A stretch of 64,000 bases of DNA from positions 78,755-142,754 of the forward strand of contig JAAEQR010000195.1 of the NCBI GenBank assembly GCA_024231215.1, read 5' to 3'. This stretch comes from PVC group bacterium. Its GTDB lineage: Bacteria; Omnitrophota; Gorgyraeia; B26-G9. Shown one piece after another: positions 41,916-50,946 of this stretch. Numbering within the stretch: the stretch's first letter is position 1; every line of letters begins with the position of its first letter. The notes beneath the pieces were generated by a model. The model worked only from the letters and a program-made list of their open reading frames with translations. It was not told the origin of the DNA and did not search any database. Position numbers and translations under genes: made by a program.

Positions 41916-41934
41916 GGGCGGGGTGCCCCCGCCC
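41912..41934 (+). repeat. GTAG-type REP-like palindrome
   Basis: GTAG + GGGCGGGG-TGC-CCCCGCCC, a very GC-rich stretch in an AT-rich context. Confidence 0.45.
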
Positions 41935-41967
41935 GGATAATATTACTATTGATTAGGAAAGTTAAAT

Positions 41968-44844
41968 ATGGGGCGTAAGAATTATAGTACGGTAATTCTG
42001 GCAACAATATTGTTTTTATTTTACGTTGTTCCTATCATATGTGCCCAGCCGGAAACATCTCTAAAAGAATTGTCTGCTGATATTCCCACCGAAGTATACC
42101 AAAAAATAAGAAACTTATATTCAAAAGATGCCAATGTGCGGGCTGAAGCAGCTTATAACCTTGGGCAAATGCAGGATGCGGCTGCGGCTGCAGTTCCATT
42201 ACTGGTGGAAATGTTGGGCGATACTACCGGCGTAAACTGGAAGTCTACACCCCAGGGGATTGTGTCCGGGGTTAATGTGGTTGGGAATGAAGCTACGCAG
42301 GCTTTGATTAAAATCGGAAGTGTTGCGGCTGTGCCGCTAATAGAGGTTATTCATAAAGGCAGAAAGATTGAAAAACGTAATGCAGTCCGAGCTTTAGGGC
42401 GGATCGGGGATCTTCAGACCGTAGAATTGCTTTCGGCGTTATTGAAAGAAGAGAAGGCTTTAGTGCGCAGATATGCGGTTGTAGCTATGGGAGAAGCTAA
42501 AAGCTTTTATGCTGTGCCGGCATTACTTTCTGCGCTAAGGAGCGATGATGATGTTACAGTCCGGCGTTATGCGGCGTTAGCTTTAGGTGGAATAAAAGAC
42601 AGTCGGTCTGGTTTTGGTTTGATCGAGGCGTTAAAAGACGATAGTGCTGTGGTCCGTACACAGGCAGCCTGGGCTTTGGGAGAGTTGAGAAATAAACAGG
42701 CGGCAAAGATGCTGCTTCCATTTTTAAATGATAAAGATCTGAATATGCGTATAGAAACAGTTCACGCTTTAGGTAAAATTGCGGATAAAATTGCGTTGCA
42801 GCCGTTGATGGGATTATTGAAAGACCAAAATAAAGTGATTCAGCAAGCTGCGGCAAAATCTTTAGAAATGATCAAGCATCCTCAGACTGTTGAAGTTTTA
42901 ATCAAGGCACTTAAGAGTGATGATTTAAAAATGCGCAGAGAGGCTGCTTGGATACTAGGTGGTGTAAATGATCAGAGAGCAATAAAACCATTACTGAGTG
43001 TATTTAATGATAAAGATTCTAGGGTAAGAAGCTATGCGGCACGGGCATTGGGCAAGATGAAAGCTAAGCAGGCAATAGATCCATTAATCAAACTTTTAAA
43101 GGATAATGATTCGTTAGTTAGTAATTATGCCTCCTGGGCTTTAAGCAAGATGAACCCAGCTGATACAATGACGCCGTTAAAAGCTTTGTTGAAAGATGCT
43201 CAGCCTTTAGTTCGTAAAATGGCAGCTATGGTTTTGGGGAATATTGGAAGTAAACAGGCGATGGCACCCTTGCTTTTGGCAATGGATGATCAGGCGTGGT
43301 TTGTGCGCTACTATGCAGCTTGGGCTTTGGGTAGAATAAAGGAGCCCGGAGCTGTTCCTAAGCTTATTCGGGCTCTTAAAGATGAAAATTTTACAGTAAG
43401 GCAATATGCGGCTTGGGCTTTGGGTAATATAGGAGATCCAAAAGCTTTGGAAGCTTTAGGTGCGGTGATGGATGATCAGTATTGGACGGTACGTTATAGT
43501 GCAGCCAGAGCATTAGGGGTATTAAAGGATGCGCGTGCTTTAAACGATTTGTTTAAAGTCTTAAAAGATGATCATTGGCTTGTGCGTTATCATTCTGTAA
43601 ATGCGTTGGGGCAAATAGGAGATAAAAAGGCATTGCCTTATTTGAGAGAGGTTTCTAAGGATAAGAATACTTCTGTGCGTTATCAAGTGGCGCGATCTTT
43701 GGGTTGGATTGGAAATCCGCGTGCCTTGAATACGCTTACCGGTCTTTTAAAAGATAGTAAAAGGTTGGTTCGTTATCATGCTGCCGAAGCATTAGGAGAT
43801 ATAGGAGATAAAAAAGCATTAAATTCTTTGTTGCAGGCTTCTAAAGATAGTCATCCTGCGGTGCGATATAAGGCGATATGGGCTTTAGGACAATTCAAAG
43901 ATATGCGTGCGGAAAAAGCGGTCATTAATGCTTTGAAGGATAAGCATTGGGCAGTACGTTATCACGCGGCAAAAGTTTTAAGTGACTCAAACAGTGCGTT
44001 TGCGGCAAAGGGATTGATTATTGCCTTAAAAGATAAAGATGCCTCAGTTAGAGAAACCGCTGCTTTGGCTTTGGTTACGGTTAAAAGCGATGAGACATCC
44101 ACGTTTTTGGCTGATGCCTTAGAAGACAAAGATCCATTGGTGAGAAGATATATTGGGGAGATAATAGATGAAAGAAAGGGGCCGCCGATATCTAAGCCTT
44201 CTGATATTAATGCTGATATACAGATAAGTATAGATAATTCTATGGAGGATGTTATTGAGGAAATTCAGGGGAAAGAATCATTTGGATCATTGATTATTGC
44301 TTTAAAAGATGAAAATTCTTCTGTGCGTAGACACGCTGCATCGGAATTGGCCCAATTAAAGGATAACCGATCAATAAAACCACTGATTGAGGCATTAAAA
44401 GACACTGATCCCGGAGTACGCTATCAGGTTGCCTTGGCTTTAGGAGAGATAAAGTCGCTGGAGTCTGTGCCGGGGCTGATTATTGCTTTGAAAGATAAAG
44501 ATACGTCTGTGCGTTACCAAGCTGCCTTGGCCTTATCCGAACTAAAGGATCCTCGTTCTGCGTTACCCTTAACCAAAGCGCTTAAAGATAACCATTGGTC
44601 TGTACGTTATCAGGCGGCCTTAGCTTTAGGAGAGATTAAAGATATTGCTTCTATTGACGGCCTGATTGATGTTTTATCTGACGACGATACGTTTGTAAGG
44701 GAGAATGCTGCTTCTGCTCTGGAGACTATAGTCGGTATAACCTTTCATCAGGATCAGGCTAAGTGGCGTGCCTGGTGGGAAGAATATAAAGAGAATATGC
44801 CTGAGAAAGAGAAACAAGCTTTAAACCCGTCCTCTGAAAACTAG
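41968..44844 (+). CDS. Large exported HEAT/PBS-lyase repeat protein (958 aa)
   Basis: Signal peptide and roughly 25 tandem repeats of about 31 aa, of the form LIxALKDxxxxVRxxAAxALGxIxD. Confidence 0.9.
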   Translation: MGRKNYSTVILATILFLFYVVPIICAQPETSLKELSADIPTEVYQKIRNLYSKDANVRAEAAYNLGQMQDAAAAAVPLLVEMLGDTTGVNWKSTPQGIVSGVNVVGNEATQALIKIGSVAAVPLIEVIHKGRKIEKRNAVRALGRIGDLQTVELLSALLKEEKALVRRYAVVAMGEAKSFYAVPALLSALRSDDDVTVRRYAALALGGIKDSRSGFGLIEALKDDSAVVRTQAAWALGELRNKQAAKMLLPFLNDKDLNMRIETVHALGKIADKIALQPLMGLLKDQNKVIQQAAAKSLEMIKHPQTVEVLIKALKSDDLKMRREAAWILGGVNDQRAIKPLLSVFNDKDSRVRSYAARALGKMKAKQAIDPLIKLLKDNDSLVSNYASWALSKMNPADTMTPLKALLKDAQPLVRKMAAMVLGNIGSKQAMAPLLLAMDDQAWFVRYYAAWALGRIKEPGAVPKLIRALKDENFTVRQYAAWALGNIGDPKALEALGAVMDDQYWTVRYSAARALGVLKDARALNDLFKVLKDDHWLVRYHSVNALGQIGDKKALPYLREVSKDKNTSVRYQVARSLGWIGNPRALNTLTGLLKDSKRLVRYHAAEALGDIGDKKALNSLLQASKDSHPAVRYKAIWALGQFKDMRAEKAVINALKDKHWAVRYHAAKVLSDSNSAFAAKGLIIALKDKDASVRETAALALVTVKSDETSTFLADALEDKDPLVRRYIGEIIDERKGPPISKPSDINADIQISIDNSMEDVIEEIQGKESFGSLIIALKDENSSVRRHAASELAQLKDNRSIKPLIEALKDTDPGVRYQVALALGEIKSLESVPGLIIALKDKDTSVRYQAALALSELKDPRSALPLTKALKDNHWSVRYQAALALGEIKDIASIDGLIDVLSDDDTFVRENAASALETIVGITFHQDQAKWRAWWEEYKENMPEKEKQALNPSSEN

Positions 44845-44966
44845 TCTGAATATTTCCCTAGATTCGATTTGTTTATTATTGCTTTTTATTGTATAATAAT
44901 AGACTATACCATGTAATATCCGTGGGTTATAGGTGTTGATTGGGAATATCTATCAGAAGGGATTGT

Positions 44967-46574
44967 ATGCCTAAATATTCGTTTGACGCAGTAATTTTCG
45001 ATATGGACGGGGTTATAACCAAAACAGCACTGGTACATGCTCAGGCTTGGAAGCTGGTGTTTGATGAGTATTTGCGTTTGCGGGAAGAACGGGATAATGA
45101 GCCTTTCCGGGAATTTACGCATGAGGTTGATTATCTTAATTATGTAGATGGAAAGCCCAGGCTTGAAGGGATACAGAGTTTTTTAGAATCCCGGGGCATT
45201 AATCTTCCGATAGGAACTCCCGAAGATGCAGCAGATGCTGAGACAGTATACGCTATCGGCAATAAAAAAAATACAAAGTTTAGAGATGTTTTAAATACTG
45301 ATGGAGTAGAAGTTTATCCTTCCACTAAAGCGTTGATCGAAGTTTTGAAAAAAGATGGTATTAAGATTGGAGTTGTTTCTTCTTCTAAAAACTGCGAATT
45401 TGTCTTAGAAGCAGCTGATATGCTTAAATATTTTGATACCAGAGTCGATGGAATGATAGCTGTGGAGCAGAATATTGTGGGTAAGCCCGAAGGCGATATG
45501 TTTATTAAGGCGGCATTAAATTTAGGCACAACTGCGGACAAAAGTGTAGTTGTTGAAGATGCTATATCCGGGGTACAATCAGGACGTAACGGGGGTTTTG
45601 GCCTGGTTATTGGTGTGGCCAGAAGTGATAATGTAGAGGAATTAAATAAAAACGGGGCTGATGTCACGGTTACGGATTTAGAGTATATAAGTGTCGACTG
45701 GATGGAAAAATGGTTTTCCAAAACTTTACCTGCGTTATTTGATGCTTGGGATAATAAAGATAAGATGGTTCAGGGATATGCCGATGTACAAATTGATAAC
45801 ATCGTGATTAACCCGAGTTATTTACGTGATCCGAAAGAGGTTTTATTAGCAGGTAAAAAGCCGGTATTTTTCCTGGATTACGATGGAACTTTGACTCCGA
45901 TTGTAGAACGTCCGGAGCTTGCGGTGATCTCACAAGCGATGAAAGATACTGTGACCCAGCTATCTAAAAAACATACGACTGCAGTTGTCAGTGGTAGGAT
46001 GCGGGAAGATGTAGAGAATTTGGTGGGTATTGAAGGTTTGTTTTATGCCGGTAGTCATGGATTTGATATTTTAGGCGGAGGGGTCTCTATGGTTCAGCCC
46101 GAGGCGCAAGAGACAATACCTTTAGTTACGCAAATAATTGAAAGATTGAAAAAAGAGGTTGGAACAATCGAAGGGGTTATTATTGAAGAGAAGAAATTCA
46201 GCATGGCAGTACATTATCGTTTAGTTGCGGATGAGCATTTAGAGCTGATTGAAGCAGCTGTGCTTGCAGTTGTCGAGGCACATCCTCAGTTACGGTTAAT
46301 GCGCGGTAAAAAAGTATATGAAATACTTCCGGCTATTGATTGGAATAAGGGGAAAGCTGTACGCTGGATTATGAAGGCTATGAATATTTCCTGGGAGGAC
46401 TCAACGGTTGTTTATATCGGAGATGATACTACAGATGAATATGCGTTTCGTGTTGTACGAGGTCGGGGCGTAGGTATTCTGGTTGCAGATGGCCCAAGGC
46501 CTTCGGCGGCTCATTTTCAGTTATCCTCACCGGACCAGACAAGAAAGTTATTTGAAATGCTGATTAAAGAATAA
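44967..46574 (+). CDS. otsB: Fused beta-phosphoglucomutase-like HAD and trehalose-6-phosphate phosphatase
   Basis: N-terminal FDMDGVIT...GKP...VEDAISGVQSG; C-terminal FLDYDGTLTPIV, VSGR, YAGSHG, NKGKA, YIGDDTTDE. Confidence 0.85.
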   Translation: MPKYSFDAVIFDMDGVITKTALVHAQAWKLVFDEYLRLREERDNEPFREFTHEVDYLNYVDGKPRLEGIQSFLESRGINLPIGTPEDAADAETVYAIGNKKNTKFRDVLNTDGVEVYPSTKALIEVLKKDGIKIGVVSSSKNCEFVLEAADMLKYFDTRVDGMIAVEQNIVGKPEGDMFIKAALNLGTTADKSVVVEDAISGVQSGRNGGFGLVIGVARSDNVEELNKNGADVTVTDLEYISVDWMEKWFSKTLPALFDAWDNKDKMVQGYADVQIDNIVINPSYLRDPKEVLLAGKKPVFFLDYDGTLTPIVERPELAVISQAMKDTVTQLSKKHTTAVVSGRMREDVENLVGIEGLFYAGSHGFDILGGGVSMVQPEAQETIPLVTQIIERLKKEVGTIEGVIIEEKKFSMAVHYRLVADEHLELIEAAVLAVVEAHPQLRLMRGKKVYEILPAIDWNKGKAVRWIMKAMNISWEDSTVVYIGDDTTDEYAFRVVRGRGVGILVADGPRPSAAHFQLSSPDQTRKLFEMLIKE

Positions 46575-46584
46575 AGGATGTTTT

Positions 46585-49005
46585 ATGAAAAAAGATTTGT
46601 TATGGAAACTTGTTTATAATCGGTTTTATCCGGACGAAGAGGGATTAAGAGAGTCGCTCTGTACGCTTGGAAACGGTTATATGGGCAGCCGGGGAGTGGC
46701 ACCAGAAGTGATTGCTTCTGAAATTCATTATCCGGCTACATACATTGCCGGAATTTATAACCGGACACCGACAGAAATTGCCGGCAGAACAATTTATAAT
46801 GAAGACTTGGTGAATTGTCCGAACTGGACACACCTGGTATTCCGGATTGGAAACGGGAAATGGTTTCGTCCTTTTTCGGCAAAGTTACTTTCGTATCGCC
46901 AGGAACTTGATATGCATAAAGGAATTTTGAGTAGGACTATCCGGTTTCAGACTACGCGTGGACAGAAAACAAAAGTCGAAGAAACAAGGCTTGTGCATAT
47001 GGCTAATCCGCATTTAGCGGCGATCAGGTATATAATTACTCCGGAAAACTATAACGATGTGATTACGGTCAGAACAATGCTGGAAGGATCTGTGCTTAAT
47101 CTAAACGTAGAGCGTTATCGTGAATTAAACACACATCATTTAAAAGCGCATAATGTAGGAAGATTTTCCAAGAACGGTATTTATCTGTCGGCTAAGACCA
47201 GCCAGTCCAATATAGAAATTTGTATGGCGGAAAAAGTAAGGGTTTATATAGCTGATAAAGAGAAGAGACCTGCAGTTGAGGTTTTGCGCAGACATCGAAA
47301 TCAGAATATCGGTCAGGAGATAAGAATTGGTATTAGAAAAGGACAACCTTTGCGTATCGAAAAGATCGTTGGTATTTATACGTCCCGGGATGAAGGATGT
47401 CAGAGTGCGAAGAATGCGGCGATAAAAGTTGCAAAGAGTGCTTCGCAGTTTAAGACTTTATTTGATTCTCATCAAAAAGCATGGGCAAGGCTTTGGGAAA
47501 AATTTGATATAAAGATTGAAGGGCATAAATTTTCACAGAGGGCAATAAGATTGCATATGTTTCATTTGCTTCAGACGGCTTCTGCACATAATGTAAAGAT
47601 AGATGCTGGTTTTCCGGCGCGTGGTTTGCATGGAGAGGCGTATCGCGGACATATATTCTGGGATGAAGTTTTTGCCATGAAATTTTTCTCTTTTAACAGC
47701 TCGGAAGTTGCTGAAGCATTGCTTAGGTATCGCTATCGCCGTTTACAAAAAGCGCGCGATTATGCTAAAGCAAATGGTTATAAAGGTGCGATGTTTCCCT
47801 GGCAAAGCGGATCATCCGGCAGAGAAGAAACACAGGAAGTACATCTTAATCCGATGTCCGGGAAATGGGGTCCGGATTACAGTCGGTTACAAAGGCATGT
47901 ATCATTTTCAATTGTTTATAATGTTTGGCGGCACTGGAGAATTACCGGTGATTTAGATTTTATGGTGCGTTTTGGCGCGGAACTACTTTTATCGATTGCC
48001 CAGTTTGGAGCCAGCCTGGTTCATTTTGACGAAAAGGACGGACGTTATCATACGGAAAAAGTTATGGGGCCTGATGAGTTTCACGAAAAACTGCCGCATA
48101 GCAAACAGCCGGGATTAAAAGATAATGCTTATACCAATGTTATGATTGTGTGGATGTTGTTAAAGGCAGAAGAAGTGCTGGCTATTCTTCCGGATAAAGA
48201 TAAGCAGAAATTGATGAAGAAGTTGAAACTTACTTCTGATGAAACTTCGCGTTGGGAAGATATTACCCGGAAGATGAAAATTATTATGGATGACCGGGGA
48301 ATTATCAGCCAGTTTGACGGATATTTTAAGTTGAAAGAGTTGGACTGGTCTAAATATCGTAAGAAATACAGTGATATTCATCGCTTGGATCGGATATTGA
48401 AAGCTGAAGGCAGAACTCCGGATGCTTACAAAGTATCGAAGCAGGCGGATGTACTGATGATTTTTTATTTATTACGGTTAGGGGAGGTTCAGAGGATATT
48501 TAAACGATTAGGTTATAATTGTGATAAAACACTCTTAAGAAAGAATTACGATTATTATATTAAACGGACTTCGCATGGTTCAACTTTAAGTAAAGTAGTG
48601 CATTGTTTTATTGCGCAATGCCTTGATCGTGAAAAAGAAGTTTGGCGTTGGTTTTTAGAGGTTTTGGAATCGGATATCCAGGATACCCAGGGTGGAACTA
48701 CGCCGGAAGGGATACATACAGGGGTTATGGGCGGTTCCATAGACGCGGTTATTCGCGGCTTTGCCGGTATCCAGATCCTGGATGACCGAATTAAAATTAC
48801 TCCGTGGTTTCCGAAAAATTTGCGAAGAATAAAGTTTAAATTGTGTTATCGTAAACGCTGGATTGATTTTGAAATCACCAAAAAGGAAATAAAGATTCAT
48901 ATTATGGGCAGACGTAAAGTTGTGAATATGCTGCCGATGGAGATAAATTCAAAACTACAGCTTCTTCCTGAGGGCCGGCCGGTTAAGTTTTCTATAAATA
49001 ACTAA
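46585..49005 (+). CDS. Glycoside hydrolase family 65 phosphorylase (trehalose/trehalose-6-phosphate/maltose phosphorylase-like)
   Basis: ESLCTLGNGYMGSRG, ARGLHGEAYRGHIFWDE, GPDEFHE, KQADVLM, RTSHGSTLS. Confidence 0.9.
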   Translation: MKKDLLWKLVYNRFYPDEEGLRESLCTLGNGYMGSRGVAPEVIASEIHYPATYIAGIYNRTPTEIAGRTIYNEDLVNCPNWTHLVFRIGNGKWFRPFSAKLLSYRQELDMHKGILSRTIRFQTTRGQKTKVEETRLVHMANPHLAAIRYIITPENYNDVITVRTMLEGSVLNLNVERYRELNTHHLKAHNVGRFSKNGIYLSAKTSQSNIEICMAEKVRVYIADKEKRPAVEVLRRHRNQNIGQEIRIGIRKGQPLRIEKIVGIYTSRDEGCQSAKNAAIKVAKSASQFKTLFDSHQKAWARLWEKFDIKIEGHKFSQRAIRLHMFHLLQTASAHNVKIDAGFPARGLHGEAYRGHIFWDEVFAMKFFSFNSSEVAEALLRYRYRRLQKARDYAKANGYKGAMFPWQSGSSGREETQEVHLNPMSGKWGPDYSRLQRHVSFSIVYNVWRHWRITGDLDFMVRFGAELLLSIAQFGASLVHFDEKDGRYHTEKVMGPDEFHEKLPHSKQPGLKDNAYTNVMIVWMLLKAEEVLAILPDKDKQKLMKKLKLTSDETSRWEDITRKMKIIMDDRGIISQFDGYFKLKELDWSKYRKKYSDIHRLDRILKAEGRTPDAYKVSKQADVLMIFYLLRLGEVQRIFKRLGYNCDKTLLRKNYDYYIKRTSHGSTLSKVVHCFIAQCLDREKEVWRWFLEVLESDIQDTQGGTTPEGIHTGVMGGSIDAVIRGFAGIQILDDRIKITPWFPKNLRRIKFKLCYRKRWIDFEITKKEIKIHIMGRRKVVNMLPMEINSKLQLLPEGRPVKFSINN

Positions 49006-49043
49006 AAAGAAAACGCAACAAAAGATGTTTAGGGGCAAATAGA

Positions 49044-50876
49044 ATGAAAATCGGGGCACATTATATTGGTGACCGTATCTGTAAATTTATAGTTTGGGCG
49101 CCTTTCGCCAATGAAGTCACATTAAAAATTGTCTTGCCGCAAGAATTATTTATTCCTATGAATAAAGATGCATTGGGGTATTGGAGTGTGATTGTAGAAG
49201 AGATTAATCCCGGGACCCAGTATCTTTATAGTCTTGACCAGTCTCAAGAAAAACCCGACCCCGCTTCTTTTTATCAGCCGGATGGAGTGCATGGGCCTTC
49301 CCAAATTATTGATCAAAATAGTTTTTTATGGAAAGATACCGGCTGGAAAGATATCCCTCTAAAAGAAATGATTTTGTATGAATTGCATATAGGTACGTTT
49401 ACTCCGGAGGGGACTTTTAATAGTGCGATTGATAGAGTAGAGCAGTTAGCGCAGTTGGGCATAACAGCTATAGAAATTATGCCTGTAGCGCAATTCCCCG
49501 GGGCTAGGAATTGGGGGTATGACGGGGTATATCCATTTAGTGTTCAGAATTCTTATGGAGGTCCGAAGGGGTTAAAGGAATTTGTGAATGCTTGCCATTT
49601 GAACGGAATAGCTGTAATTCTGGATGTAGTTTATAACCATCTTGGCCCGGAAGGTAATTACTTTTCTGAATTTGGTCCGTATTTTACAAATAAATATCAT
49701 ACTCCTTGGGGCAATGCGCTTAATTTTGATGATGCTTATAGCTATGGGGTGAGAAATTATTTTATTGAAAATGTATTGAGCTGGTTTGATAATTATCATA
49801 TAGACGGGTTACGTCTGGATGCAGTTCACGGAATTTATGATTTAAGTGGAAAACATATTTTAGAAGAATTCGCAGAGGCAGTAGAAGATGCGTCTATGCG
49901 TCAGGGTAGAAAATTATGTTTAATTGCAGAGAGCGAGTTAAATGACACCCGTTTGATAAAATCAAAAGATGTTGGGGGCTATGGAATTGACGCGCAGTGG
50001 TGCGATGATTTTCACCATGCCTTGCATGCTTTACTGACAGAGGAAAAACAGGGCTATTATATTGATTATGGAAAAACAGAACATATCATGACTGCTTTAA
50101 AAGAGGGGTTTGTTTACTCCGGTCAATATTCTGTTTTTCGTAAAAAACATTACGGCAATTCATCGAAAGATATTTCCGGGAATCAGTTTGTGGTATGTGC
50201 GCAGAATCATGATCAGATCGGTAATCGCAGGCAAGGGGAACGCCTGAGCCGGCTGATTTCTTTTGAAGGATTGAAACTAAGCGCGGCAACGGTGATGTTC
50301 TCCCCGTATGTTCCGTTGCTTTTTATGGGGGAGGAATATGCTGAATCTGCGCCGTTTTTATATTTTGTGAGTCATTCCGATGATGATTTGATTGCGTCAG
50401 TGCGTAAAGGCAGAAAAGAAGAGTTCTCTGCTTTTAAGTGGAAAGGAGAGGCTTCTGATCCACAGCAGGAAGAGACTTTTTTAGATTCCAAACTTAACTG
50501 GGGTAAGAGGAATGAAGGAGATGGGAATATCCTTTTGCATTGGTATAAAGAATTGATTGCTTTAAGAACGCGTCTTCCCGCGTTTATTTACGGAGGGAAA
50601 GATACAATGGAAGTCTCTACGGACAAGACGGCTAAAATTGTTTTTGTCCGAAGATGGCATGTCCGGCATGAACTTTCGTTGATTATGAATTTTAGTCAGG
50701 AAGAAGTAAGTTTTAACCCGCAAATTTCCGAAGGTAAATGGAAAAAGCTTATTGACTCATCGGACCTCAAGTGGATGGGTAAGGGTGCGTTATTGCCGGA
50801 TAATATTATGAACAGTCAGAAGGTTAAGATGCCTGCTTGGGGGTTTGCGTTATACGAAAAAGACGTTTTACGATAG
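49044..50876 (+). CDS. treZ: Malto-oligosyltrehalose trehalohydrolase
   Basis: VWAPFA, YELHIGTFTPEGTF, RNWGYDGV, DGLRLDAVH, QNHDQIGNR. Confidence 0.93.
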   Translation: MKIGAHYIGDRICKFIVWAPFANEVTLKIVLPQELFIPMNKDALGYWSVIVEEINPGTQYLYSLDQSQEKPDPASFYQPDGVHGPSQIIDQNSFLWKDTGWKDIPLKEMILYELHIGTFTPEGTFNSAIDRVEQLAQLGITAIEIMPVAQFPGARNWGYDGVYPFSVQNSYGGPKGLKEFVNACHLNGIAVILDVVYNHLGPEGNYFSEFGPYFTNKYHTPWGNALNFDDAYSYGVRNYFIENVLSWFDNYHIDGLRLDAVHGIYDLSGKHILEEFAEAVEDASMRQGRKLCLIAESELNDTRLIKSKDVGGYGIDAQWCDDFHHALHALLTEEKQGYYIDYGKTEHIMTALKEGFVYSGQYSVFRKKHYGNSSKDISGNQFVVCAQNHDQIGNRRQGERLSRLISFEGLKLSAATVMFSPYVPLLFMGEEYAESAPFLYFVSHSDDDLIASVRKGRKEEFSAFKWKGEASDPQQEETFLDSKLNWGKRNEGDGNILLHWYKELIALRTRLPAFIYGGKDTMEVSTDKTAKIVFVRRWHVRHELSLIMNFSQEEVSFNPQISEGKWKKLIDSSDLKWMGKGALLPDNIMNSQKVKMPAWGFALYEKDVLR

Positions 50877-50946
50877 CGATACTGTTGCAAAACGCACATC
50901 TGCACATTTTAAAACAGTATCATAATGAATGAGGGGAATTAAAAAT

